Source of the DNA: Amoebophrya sp. A120
Taxonomy: Eukaryota; Protista; Dinoflagellata
Length of the DNA: 64,000 nt
Assembly (NCBI GenBank): GCA_905178155.1
Contig: CAJINV010000012.1
Span: forward strand, 1,114,609-1,178,608
Direction of reading: 5' to 3'
Shown here: positions 49,601-61,600 of the stretch, in pieces
Numbering within the stretch: the stretch's first letter is position 1
How the letters are laid out: each line of letters opens with the position of its first letter
Notes under the pieces: model-generated
Seen by the model: only the letters and a program-made list of their open reading frames with translations
What the model was told of the DNA's origin: nothing
Database searches by the model: none
Translations under genes and position numbers: made by a program

Positions 49601-52600
49601 GCGGCCGGAGCCGCTACTGTGGCATTAGCTTTCGCCTGTGCCACCTGGCGCTTCGCTTCCAGATCCGCGATGGGGTTGGAATCCAGTAACTGCTTGGCGA
49701 AGGCGGCGGTGAACGGGTGCAAATTTTCGAGGTTAAGCCTCCGGTCGTGGTGCAGCATCTTCAGCGCGATGTTGCAGCGCATGAACGTGAGCACGAGTCC
49801 GTAGGTTCCGACATCGGAGTAGTTGCCGCCGCAGAACTGGAAGGCCTGGCGGACCGGCGTTGGCCACTGTGCCAGGGCCCGCTCGAGTGGCGACCGGAAC
49901 CACTTGTACATGATGATCACGGTGCGAACATGGTGGAAGATGTTCCCCAGCCCGCCTGGAAAGAGGGTGAGAAACTCGAAGACGTCGTCCTTGGTGTCGT
50001 TGGCAATCGAGCTGAGGCCGTCCGCGTGCGCCACAGTCGACAAAGCGAAAACGCCGTGCAGAATCTTGGCCAGGATGCTGCCAACTCCGTCCGGCTTCTT
50101 GGGGTCCATGCAGGACCGGTCGGCCCGCAGTTTCTGGGTGATTTCCGCGAAGATGGACTGTGGTCGTGTTTTCTAATCATCAATGCCAAATTAATTCACG
50201 AGCACCCTGTTAGTGACCAAGTACTGCAGTTCTTCCGTTTACCATGCTGATCTTGCAGCAGCATCGTGCAAAGCTAATTTTCATGCATATCTTCCGCATG
50301 ATCACACGGGTACAAAAATGTATAAGATGCGTAGGAATAAAACTGCAGTCGGGTAATCATCAAAGCCACGTACCTTGCTCTGCGCGCGCTTTGTCCACTT
50401 CGTGCTCGTGGGGTCCATCAGCTGCTGCTGCACTTCTTTGTACATTTCCTGCACCCGGGCCAGGTCGAAGGACTCGCCGGGCGGCACGATGTCAAAAGGG
50501 GCGAAGAGCTTGTTCTCCAGCACTGACTTAAGCGCGGCGAGTTGCTGCGCGTTTTCCTGTGCGGATTTTTGCAGCGCCAGCTGGCTCACGTCGCCGGGAA
50601 ACAGTTTGCTGGGCGAGGGGTCGCCAATTCCGGGCAGGTTGGACCCGCCCCCGTGTGGGGAACCCGGCTGCGACGGCATCGTCTACGTAGTGCGTGTAAA
50701 ACTGGTAGTACGCCTGGTGGAGGTCAGGCCGCGGAGCCAAAAACATTGGCGCGGCTGAGAACCATCGGTGATAAGATGGATCGAAATGGCTAGAAGTAGT
50801 AAAGGTAAGTATTCGAACTGCAACATGGGCACAGGTGTGCGCGGTATCTCTCGAGGCTGGGCGACGAGAGTACAACTACGCTCACGGGTGTCGCTCGCGG
50901 TGGACGAGAGTGAAGACGTGCGACCCGGTCGAAAAAACTCTCTCGATGACGGCAGAGGAACTGAAAAGTGATCTAACGACCCTGACCAAACCGAAGTAGA
51001 ACAACAACTGGCGCAGTTCTAGCAGGTGCCAAAAGTGCTGCTGGTGCGGAGGGCGCGCGTCGTGAGCGCGCGGCGAGTACACGGAAAACCTACTGAGACA
51101 GTCTATGGAGTCGAACAACCGGACAAAACACAGTTCTAGCACGTGTAAAAAGTGCTGGAAAAGGGGAGGGAGGGGGGACAGGGTGCCAGGGGTGAACACA
51201 CGTGTGGCGGGAACACAAGGTAGGAGAACACACGGTGCTATGACTATGGGGGTGCGGAAGCACTGCCAAAGCCAGTAGCACTGGAGGGGAAAAAGAGATC
51301 ATATGTCGCAAGGAATAAGGGAGAAAACCACGTGGCAAGAAGCTCAGCCTTCTGTGGGCTGGCTTAGTGGGTACAGCGCCCTAGCTGTCCCGAATGAAAC
51401 TTGCAGTGGGAGAATAGGTGCATGTGAGTAGTGCAGTGGAATAAAGTGCACGAGGTGTGTGGCACCAAGCGCAGACGGCCCCTGAGGTTTTTCATCCATT
51501 AGACAGACAAGTGACAGCTACCACGAAGTGGTAACCCAACCGGTCAATGAGTCCTCGACTCTAAAGACACAGGCAGGTATCCATCGTCCCCTCCAGAACG
51601 AATGTCATAGCATGCACCAGATCACATCGGCAGTCCGCAGGGAGCGGACCGCAGAATCTAGACCCGGTGCGTGCTAAAGGATGCGACAAAATACAAAGTC
51701 ACAAGAGTCTAAAGCCGGTGGTAGAAACAAAGAGAACAGGTAGAGACGAAATGAACGACGTTGGAGCAGTTTCCGCATGTGTATATTTATCTTAGCACTT
51801 TTGCATTGCATATCCGTATTTTTCCAACAACTTTTTCCGTTCCTGCTCCAACACGTACTGGCAGTTCGCCTCCACGATGTTCTGCGTATCAAATGCAAAT
51901 ATGTCTGGGTCCTCCAGAAGATTGCGAGATTTGTGATGCAGTTTTTCCAAGCTCCACCAAGTCTGGAATGCAGGGTCTAGCATCACAGGTACTGCAGCCC
52001 CTTGCCCTTGGCCGTGAACGTGATTCCTCCGTTGCATGAGAAATAACACCCTCCGAGCAGGCCCAGGAGACGTGGGCATCTCTTGTTCTTGCGAGTTATG
52101 AAATACAAGATTTTTGTATGCTCCGCAACACGCATCACAAGTTCGTATCCTTCCAGACCCAGACATAGTTGCAGTTGATACTGCACCTTCTTCCGCAATT
52201 TCACGGATCTGAAGTCCTTCAACGCAAACAGCCTTTTGTTCTCGTCCTTCACTCTTCTCAGCCTTTCCGCTATTCTCTTCTGCTTTTGCTTCTCCTCTAG
52301 AAGCTTCTCGTCCATGGTCAGCATCGATTGCCGGTTCTGCTCTTCGATGCGCAGCTTCAGTTGCGAAATTACTGCTTCCAAGTCCTTGTTCAGCTGCACG
52401 ATTTTGTCGTGCTCTTCCAGCAGAACCGCGGTCTTCCGCGCGTCCGCCTTGTAGGAGTCTAGAACCACTACAACGTTGTCCATTTCTTCCTGCCAGGCGG
52501 TTCGCTGTTCGGTGTGCTTCACCCGCAACTTCCCCATCTGGGTCTCAATTTTTAGTTTCTCTTCGTTCAAAAATTCCATTTGCCGCCCCTTGTTCTGGAT

Positions 52601-55600
52601 CTTTATCGTGAAGTCTTTCTCAATCTGGACGATCTTCTGCTTCTCTAGATCCACTTCAGATTATCAATTGCAAAAATGTCTGGGTCTGGAAGGATGCAAG
52701 GTCTGTCATGCTTGTCTGACATGACTGAAGAGTTTGCGATGCGTGTCCAAGAAGAGACCCTCTTGCTTGTCATGCAAAACGCAGCTTGTCATGCGGAAAG
52801 CGCAACACGAAGCCGCGCAAAAATCTCTCATGTTGGCTGCGCATTACAGAAAATTCACCATTCAAAAATCAGCATTACAAGTTTCCAGACCCAGACATAT
52901 TTGCATTTCATACAGTTTCCTTCTGCTTCAAATCCGCGCTCCACTTCATGTGCTCCTTTTTGTATGACAGTGCACCGCTCCTCCTCCCCCTCATTTGTAT
53001 AGCATGAACGGCAATACAAGCATCAGCAAGAATGCCGGTTTTGCATGACAAGTTTGCACTGGATTGTAGTTCTATTTGGACTACCAGAACTTGTCATGCA
53101 AACAGTGCCAAGAAGCAAAGGGTGGATTCTGTATTTTGCATGACAAATGAGGGGGACACGGGGAGTTGTGCGCTGTCATATCTTGTACTCAAGCTTGAAA
53201 AACTCGTACTCGCTTTCGATTTGCTCCTTCTGTTCCTGCATGACTTGCTCGTTGTTTAGCGCTTTCCGGACTTTTAAGTTCAAACCGGTGACCAAATCCT
53301 CGTGCTTTTGTCGGATTTCGTTCAAGATTAATTGGTGTTTGTTCTTCTCCTCCACCATGTCATGTTCGTATTTCTCATCTTTCTCCTTCACAACCTGCTG
53401 CAAATCTTCCACCTTTTCGTCCCGTTTTTCGGCCAGGTAGTCCTGCGACTCGATAAACTCTTGCAGCTCCTTCTTCAGGTCGTCCCTCTCGGTTGTCAAA
53501 GTTTTGATGATGCGGTCCAGCTCTTCCTTGTGCAGGTAGAGTTTCACGTAGTTCGCGTCTAAATCCTCGTACAAGAGATGTTCCCTCTCCCGGGTGAGAA
53601 TCTTCTCGTTCGTCATCGTATCCACAGTATCCACATGATTTCTGTAGTCCTCCCAGATTTGCGAGTACAAGTCCTCCTTCCAGTGCGAGTCCCTCTCAAA
53701 CTGCAACAGCTTCGCATCTTCGTAATTCTCTACTAACCTACGCCGCTGCGAGAGGATGTCCTCGATCTGGTAATTTTTCCTTTCCAGTTCGAGGAGCTTC
53801 TCCTCCTCGTTCGTTTGGATTAACCGATGTCGATGCGACAAGTAATCCTCGTAGCCCATGTTGAAGTTTTCGCGCGCGAGAACCAGTATTACAATGAAAA
53901 ATGCCCGCAGCACCCCCGAACTTGGCAGCGTTAGAACATGCAAACCTTTCCAATAGAAACACTCCCGTCTTGCATATATCAGCATCACAAATTTTCCATG
54001 CTGAATATCTCAAATCTGTGTTGCAAAGGAGCCCAGCAGTAGCCGGATCTGTCATGCAAAAGATACGTTCCGCAGCCAGATTCTGCATCAGCAAGGCTCG
54101 TAGTCCTTTCATGCATAGATAAAAAGTTCTTCGTTTGAAAACCTTATGCATGAGAAACTTTTGCAAAATCCGGGTTGAGGGCATTTTTCATTTTAATAAC
54201 CCGTCTTTCTTCTTTATCCATTTCAAAATTCTCCACCATCCGCACCTCCTATCCAACGGAAAAATCCCCCCTCCCCATATCGAAGTGGAAATCTGTGATG
54301 CAGGATTTGAGGTACCAAATCGAGTTGTCATGCTAGAAGGCCAAGAGCCGCAGTCGTGGTCTCGTTTGCAGGCAATTTGTCATGCTGTTTCCCACTCTCA
54401 GCTGCCTCCTATCATGCTGAAGATGCAAGGCTCCCCCACGCCACCCAGCACTACAGTCCGCATCTTTTCCCGTGTAGCATGACAAAGCTGATTTGTGACA
54501 ACAAATCTGCATCACAGATTTCCGTTTTGATATGGAGGGGGGGATTTTTCCTCTCAATACCTCCTGCGCGATCCCCTCTTCGATCAGCATGTTTTGTCGT
54601 TCGCGGTTCCATATCCAGTGCAAAAGCGTCCTGTCGTACTAGTATGAATTGCATCACAAATCTCCTCAGCATGAGTAATGCTGATTGTGATTTGCCATTA
54701 GATCGAGAATTGTAAAAATGCTTGACTGCGATTAGTACGAGTACGCTGCTTTTGCAGTGCATATTCCAGGCGACCTCCGTTGTCCAGCGGAGCTCCCATT
54801 TGACTTGCTGGTTTCGCTATTGAACAAAAAAGTTCATTTGGTAGCGGTAGCGATCTTACTACTCGCACTCGCGTTCTTGCAAGACAAACAGTCGCCGACA
54901 TGCACGGTATGCAATACAAATTCCGGTCGTAGTTTTTGCCTTGCCGGACAGCAAGAGAAATTTCGCTAAAGCTAGAAAAACTTTATGTTGGTGTGATATT
55001 CGCCAATCTTCCTTCATCATCTCTTGCTGTTCCCGGTTTCTTTCCAATTCCAGCATCGCTTTCTGCAACTCCTGGTCCAGAAACTCCGCTTCTTTCGTTT
55101 TCTGCTCGATCATCAACTGCAAATCTTGCTCCAAATCCACCGTTATCCAATGCAAAAGTATCGTACTCGTAGTTAGTAATTGCAAGCATGCAATACAAAT
55201 TAATATATTTATATAAGGCAAACTTTGGGGCCGGAGAGGGTCCGATAGAGGTTGGGGAGAGGTTTCGTAGAGGTTAGACAGAGGGTCGGAGAGGTAAAGT
55301 AGAGGGTCGACCAAAACAAGAGGGTCGGGGAGAGGTAAAGTGAGAGGGTACGGAGAGGGTCGGGAGAGGGTGCGCAGTATAGGGGACCGTATAGCGGCGC
55401 TATACGCCCGAAGAGGGTGCGTAGAGGTTGAGTAGAGGTCAAGTAGAGGGTAGGGGGAGAGGGTCGAGAGGGTCAGAGAGGTTCCACAGTATAGGGCGAC
55501 CCTCTAAGCGACCCTCTATGTCGACCCTCTCCGGGAACCTCTTTTTTACCTCTCGGCGGACCCTCTCGGGACCTCTTGGACCCTCTCCCGGACCCTCTTC

Positions 55601-58600
55601 GCGACCCTCTCCGAACCTTTCCCGGACCCTCTCCGAACCTCTCCCGGACCCTCTCCGGGACCCTCTCCCGGACCCTCTACCAGAACCGCCCGCACAGTGA
55701 AGCTCGCCCGTCTGCGCGCAGTGCCTGTGTCCTAGAGTAAGAATAAACAAAGCTAGGGCCTAAAAGTTCAGGCCTCCCCTGCAAGTTTTTCTTTTTTGAC
55801 TCCAGGGCAGACCAGGGCGGCTGTTCAAAGTGCATGCGCCGCTCTGCGTCCCCCGGGGGGGGCGCGGCGCCACGCCTTAACGTAGGCGGCCACCTAGGGT
55901 GGCCGCAACTTCACACAGTGCCCGCGCGCGGGCAGCAGGTGTTGCGTCTTTGTAGCGGCGCGAAAGTGGTTGCGACTAAAGTAGCGACAGCTTTTCTCTG
56001 CCCGTTGTCTCTCGGCGCAAGCATAGCGCATTAGCCTTCGCAAGCACATGCAGGCCCCGCCGCGTGCTCGCTGCCTAACAGGATTCCAGCTCGCCACCTT
56101 GTAGAAGCGGCACTCCCCCTGTTCAGGGTGCACCCCTGCAACCAACTCCCCTTCCAAGAAAGGCCAACAACCCCCGGCCCCGGGCGCTGCTTTTTTCGCC
56201 AACAAAGAACGCAGGCCGCGGAGGTATCGCTGCCTGCGTGTGTGCGCTGCGCTTTCTGGGCCAACCCCGTCAGACCGGCGCGGCCCCGCCTGCTTTTTTG
56301 GCTGTGCAGCGGCGCGCCACCCTTGGCATCGCCTTCCCCGTTGGAACACCTCCTCCGAACAGCCTCCCTCCCCGGCGGCCTCCGCCGGGGGGTGGCTGGT
56401 CTCTCTCTTAAGGCAAATCAGCATTACAAATTTCATTTCTCATGCTGAGCAAATTTGTAATGCATTTATACGAGTACGATACTTTTGCAATGCATAACCG
56501 TGTTCGCCCGAAAACTCGTCATGGTGGCGTCCAAGGTTGTGTGCTGGTCGGTTAGCGTGGACAGTTGCTGATTCAACTCTTCGATCTCCTTCTGCTTCGC
56601 CTCTCGCAGATCCACCAGCTCCTGCTGCAGTTTTCCCTGTTCGTCTATTAATTGATTTTTCTCCGCTACAAGCGATTCCACTTCCGAGGTAAGCTTCTCC
56701 ACCTGAAGAACCCCCTCGTCGTGCCGGGTCTGCATATGAACTGCAAAAGTATCGCACTCGTAGTAATTGCGGTCATGCATTACAAATTTTCTTTTTAAGG
56801 TAAATCCGCATCACAAATTCCATTTCGCATGCTGAGGAAATTCAAATAATTTGTAATGCATTTATACGAGTACGATGCTTTTGCATTTCATACTGCAGAT
56901 CGGCGTGCAATTGCTGGAGATTTTCCAATTCCGCTTTGACGTTCTTGTTTTCGTTCTGAACGACGAGGGTGGTCGCGGACAAGAGTTCTTTTTCTTGGTT
57001 TAAATTTTCGATTTTTTCCTCCAAGTCGTTTTTTGTCTTCTCCAACTCCTCTTCAACTTTCTTTTTCTCTTCGATTAAGTTGTCCCTTTCCTTGGTGTAT
57101 GAACTGCAAAAGCATCGCACTCGTATAAAAAATGCATTACCAATTTCCTCAGCATGAGAAATGCAATTTGTAATGCGGATTTACCTTAGCAAAAGGATTT
57201 GTAATGCATGATTGCAATACGAGTACGATACTTTTGCACAGGATATGGTGACGGCCTGTTCGCGCTTTTCCGCCTCTTCCTTCTCGCTTTTCGCCCTCTT
57301 CATTTCTGGCTCGAACTCCTCCCATTTTTTCTGCAGTTCCTCGTTCTTCTCCTTCAATTTCTCCACTTCCCCCTGCAGTTTTTCCGTCTGCTTCTCCGCC
57401 GCTTCCTTTTCCCGTATAAAAACCCGCTCAGGTGTCACTAATATCTCAAGCGTTACAATAGAATCTGGAAATCTGTGATACAAGAAGTGCATGAGCTAAC
57501 CCGCTCACGCAGGATTGCGCATGACAAGTTTCGGAGCCCCAAACCGCACTGGAATCATCTGCCGGAATTTGTGTTGCAGAAAGTGGAACGCGCTGCCGCG
57601 ATTCTGTCATGTACAGCATGCAAGACAAACTCCAGATTCTATTGTAACGTTTGAAAAAATTGTAACATCGGAGCAAGCCATATCCCGGACGGCGGTCTTT
57701 TTCTCGTCCTCGAGGGTTTTCAGTTCTTTATCCTTCTCTTTTATTTTCTCCTCCAGTTCGTCATTGGTTTTTTCCAACTTTTCTCGTTTCTCCACGTGCT
57801 TTTGCACGTCTTCCTCCAATATCAAGTGCCAATATGTCTGGGTCTGGAAGAGTCATGCTGCTTTTGCATGACAGCGAAGGTCTGGCATGGAAGCTCTAGC
57901 ATCACAGATTTCGAGAAGCTTCCGCAATGCCGACTCCGCATGACAAATGCCCCATTTTGGTGACAAGAAGCGGGCAGCTTTTGCTGCCTATGCATGAGAG
58001 ATTTTTTTATGTGTTGTGAAATGCGCATCACAAGTTTGCATTTTTCCAGACCCAGACATATTTGCGATGCATATCCAAATCCGTGATTTTTCGCTCTAAA
58101 TCCTTTTGCACCTTCTCCGCCTCCTTTGCAACTTTCTCTGCAGCGTCTTTTTCCTTTTTCATTTCGGCCATTTCTTCCTTGTTTTTCTTCTTCTCCTCCT
58201 TCATCTCCTCGACCTCCTTTTCTTGCTTTATGCAGAGCAAAAGAGTGCTGTGCTGTGTAAGCGTACTTAACATGCAGAAGCAGATGGTGCAGGTGCACAT
58301 CAACAGCGCAGTAAATAATTTTGTCTGAATGTTGAAAGGTGCTATGCTCAGCGACAGAGAGATGTCTGTTCAGACTGACACGCAGTATTCGGCACAAGAA
58401 CATCATTCAATACGCGATTATTTTTAAGCACTTCTCTTTCACTCTGGATACTTTTTTCCATTTTGTCATTTGCCTTTTTCAAATCGTCCTCCGCATTTTC
58501 CTTTTCCGTCTGCAGATTGTCCTTGTCTTTCTTGAGCTGCTTTATCAAATGCAAATATGTCTGGGTCTGGAAACTTGTGATGCTAAAATGTGGATGATGG

Positions 58601-61600
58601 AAACAGTTGCGAATGCAACCCACCATGACAATTTTCCAGAACGCTTGTTTCTCATAGGCAATCCGCATGAGAAACTGCGTTTCTGCATGTACAAAAGAGG
58701 TTACGCAATACAGATTTTCTAGGTATGGAAAGCTAGCATTACAAGTTCCAACCTTCCAGACCCAGACATATTTGCAATCCATATGCTTGATCTCTTTTTC
58801 ATTTTCCTCGTTCTCCTCTTTCAGCTCGTCTTTTTTCTTCGTCACCTCCTCCAGCTGCCCGCTCAGCTTCTCCGCCCGGGCCGCCTCGCGCTCCTTGTCG
58901 TCTTTGTTGTTGTCGTTTTCCTCGGTGAGCTTGTCGTGGTCTTTTTTCAAAGCGTTCAAATCTTTCTCTAATTGGTCGCGCTCGTCGTCCAACTTGTCGC
59001 TTTTCTCGCTCAGCTCCTTCACCTCGTTTTCCAATTTCTCGACCTTCTTATCCCCGTCTTCCTTCGCGTCCTTCAATTTGTCCCTTTCCTCCGACAAATC
59101 CGAAACTTGCTTCTTCAAACTCTCTGCCTCCTTTTCAAACCCATCCTTTTCGTCATCGAGCTTGTCCGCTTTTTGCGTCAGTTCGGTGACTTCCTTGGTC
59201 AGCTTTTCCACCTGTTTGTCCGCATCTTCTTTCTCGTCCGTGAGTTTTTCCTTGTCGGTTTTCAGCGTATCAACCTCCTTCTCCAGCTGCTCGGTTTTCT
59301 TTTCAAATTCTTCCTTTGCGTTGTCCAATTTGTCGGATTTTTCCGTCAACTCAGCGACCTCCTTCTCCAATTTTTCTGCTTTCTTTTCCGCGTCTTCCTT
59401 TTCATCTGTGAGCTTTTCCTTATCGGTCTGCAGCGAATCTTTGTCCTTTTCCAGGGTTTCGACCTGCTTCTCGAACTGCTCCTTTTCGTTTTGGAGTTGA
59501 TCCTTCGTCTTTGTTAGCTCTTCGATCTCCTTTTCCTGCTTTTCTCCCTTCTCGACCGCGTCCTTCTTTTCATCGGTGAGTTTTTCCTTCTCCGTGTTGG
59601 CGGTATCCAGGGTTTTCTCCAGTTCCTCTATTCTCTTCTCGCCCTGTTCTATCCCACAAAAAAAGTGTTACAGTTACACATTTGATGTAACTTCAGCATC
59701 ACAAGTTTTCTCCGCATGACAGAGAAAACTTGCAATGCAAAGATCATAAGGGAAAACAGGAACGAAACGAGGCTCCAAAGCGTTTCCTGCTCTCGCATGA
59801 GAAAGGTTGTCTGTGTTGCCAGTTTTGCAACACAATGTGTAACTGTAACACTTTCTTCCTCCCATATGTTCCTTCTCCGCCTTTAGCCCGTCTTTCTCGG
59901 AGTTGGCTTCCTCGAGCTCCTTCTCCAATTTACTGACTTTCTCCTCCCCGTCTTGCTGCAGGGCGGAAAGCTTTTCTTTTTCGTTCTCCAGCTCCTCCTT
60001 CGCTTTCCCCAGCTCTTCCACCTTTCCCTCGGCGGCCTGCTTCTCCCCTTGCAGCCCATCCCGCTCGGACTCCAGCTCTTCTTTCGACTTTTCTAATTCC
60101 GTATCAAATGCAAATATGTCTGGGTCTTGAAGAGTCGGAGTTTGTCATGCACATGTTGCATGACGCGTGAGGTCTGTGATGCAGGTCCTAGCATCACAGA
60201 TTCTTTGACGGCTTCTTGATGCTTATCACGCATGAGAAATGGCTTCTCCGCGTGCCAAGAACTGGACCCCTCTTGCTGCTCATGTTGCAACACAGATACT
60301 TTTAGAATCCGTAGACAGCATTACAAGTTCCACCCTTCCAGACCCAGACATATTTGCATTTCATATTCCGCCAGTTTTTCCTCCGCGGTGGTCTTCTCAG
60401 CGAGCAAGGCTTCTTTCTCTGCTTCCAATGCCTGCTTCGCAGTTTCGGTTATAACCCGCTCAGGTGTTACAATCTCAAACGTTACAAGCAAGTCCGGAAT
60501 TTGTGTTGCAAAATGCGCAACATCTGGCCTACTCCCACAGGAGCGCGCATGACAAGTTTCGGAGAGCCAACCCCGATGAGAATCTGGCGAAATTTGTATT
60601 GCGAAAAGCCCAAGTCTCTGTATGGCACTCATGCTGTTTATGCAAGACAAATTGCAGACTCTATTGTAACGTTTGAGATTGTAACATCTGAGACAGACAT
60701 ATCGGTTTCCTCCGCTTTCTGGTCCGCGGCGGTTTTTTATGAGACTGCCCAACTCCTCCTCCCCCTCATTTGTATGGGATGAACGGCAATGCAAGCGTCA
60801 GCAAGAATGGCGGTTTTGCATCACAAATCTGCACAGCCACAGGAAACTTGTCCTATTTGGACTGCGAGATGAACTTGTCATGCAAACATTGCCAAGAGGC
60901 ACAGTGTGGATATGGGATTTTGCACGACAAATGAGGGGGAGAACGAGGGGGGTTGTGCTCTCTCATACTTTTTCCCCCTGCAACCCATCCCTTTCCGATT
61001 CGAGTTCTTCCTTATCAAATGCAAAAATGTCTGGGTCTGCAAACTTGTCATGCTAAAGCTGCATGATAGACGCACTGCAGTACACAGCTATGCATGACAA
61101 ATATTTTGGCTGTCATGTCTTACGTATTCCGCATGGCAAACTGCGTTTTTGCATGACAGGTAAAAGGGCTTTCTCGTGCCTATGCAACACACAGATTCTC
61201 GAATCATGCCAGACAAGCATGACAAACTTGCATTCTTCCAGACCCAGACACTTTTACAGTTGATATTCCTTCTGCTTCTCCAATTCCGCGACCTTCTCTT
61301 CCGCGGCCGTTTTCTCTGCGGTCAGACCCTCTTTCTCGGATTCCACCGCTTCCAATTTCTTCTCCGCCGCTTCCTTTTCGCCCTTCAGACTATGTATTGC
61401 AAAAGTGTCTGGGTCTGGAAAGTTGGAACTTGAGATGCTACCTTTGAACTCTACGTAAAATCTGCATTGCATGAACAGCATAAGAGGTGCAATTTGTGCT
61501 ACGCGGAGAGGGCATTTCTCATGCGCTATGAGCATCAGAAAGCCCTCGCAGTAGAGACTCTGATGCTAGGGCATGCAACACAAAATGCACAAGTTTGCCA

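Larger units (their letters stand above)
40839..51796 (-). mobile_element. Tyrosine-recombinase retrotransposon with split direct repeats (DIRS order, Ngaro/PAT-like)
   Basis: Architecture A1 (51686-51796), ORFs, B1 (41303-41581), A2 (41192-41302), B2 (40839-41117). No TSD. Gag-like, RT-RNase H and tyrosine recombinase coding regions are present. Confidence 0.93.
40691..51812. mobile_element. Introner family C expanded to 11.1 kb by a nested retrotransposon
   Basis: Left TATGCATTGCAAAAGTATCGTAC. The right TIR is split as GAGTACGAT (to 40838) and ACTTTTGCATTGCATA (51797-51812). TSD TCCGT/TCCGT. Confidence 0.93.

Noticed and set aside
44070-50250. Long antisense and alternative-frame ORFs in the retrotransposon
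   Set aside because: These are shadow ORFs of the GC3-rich minus-strand genes.
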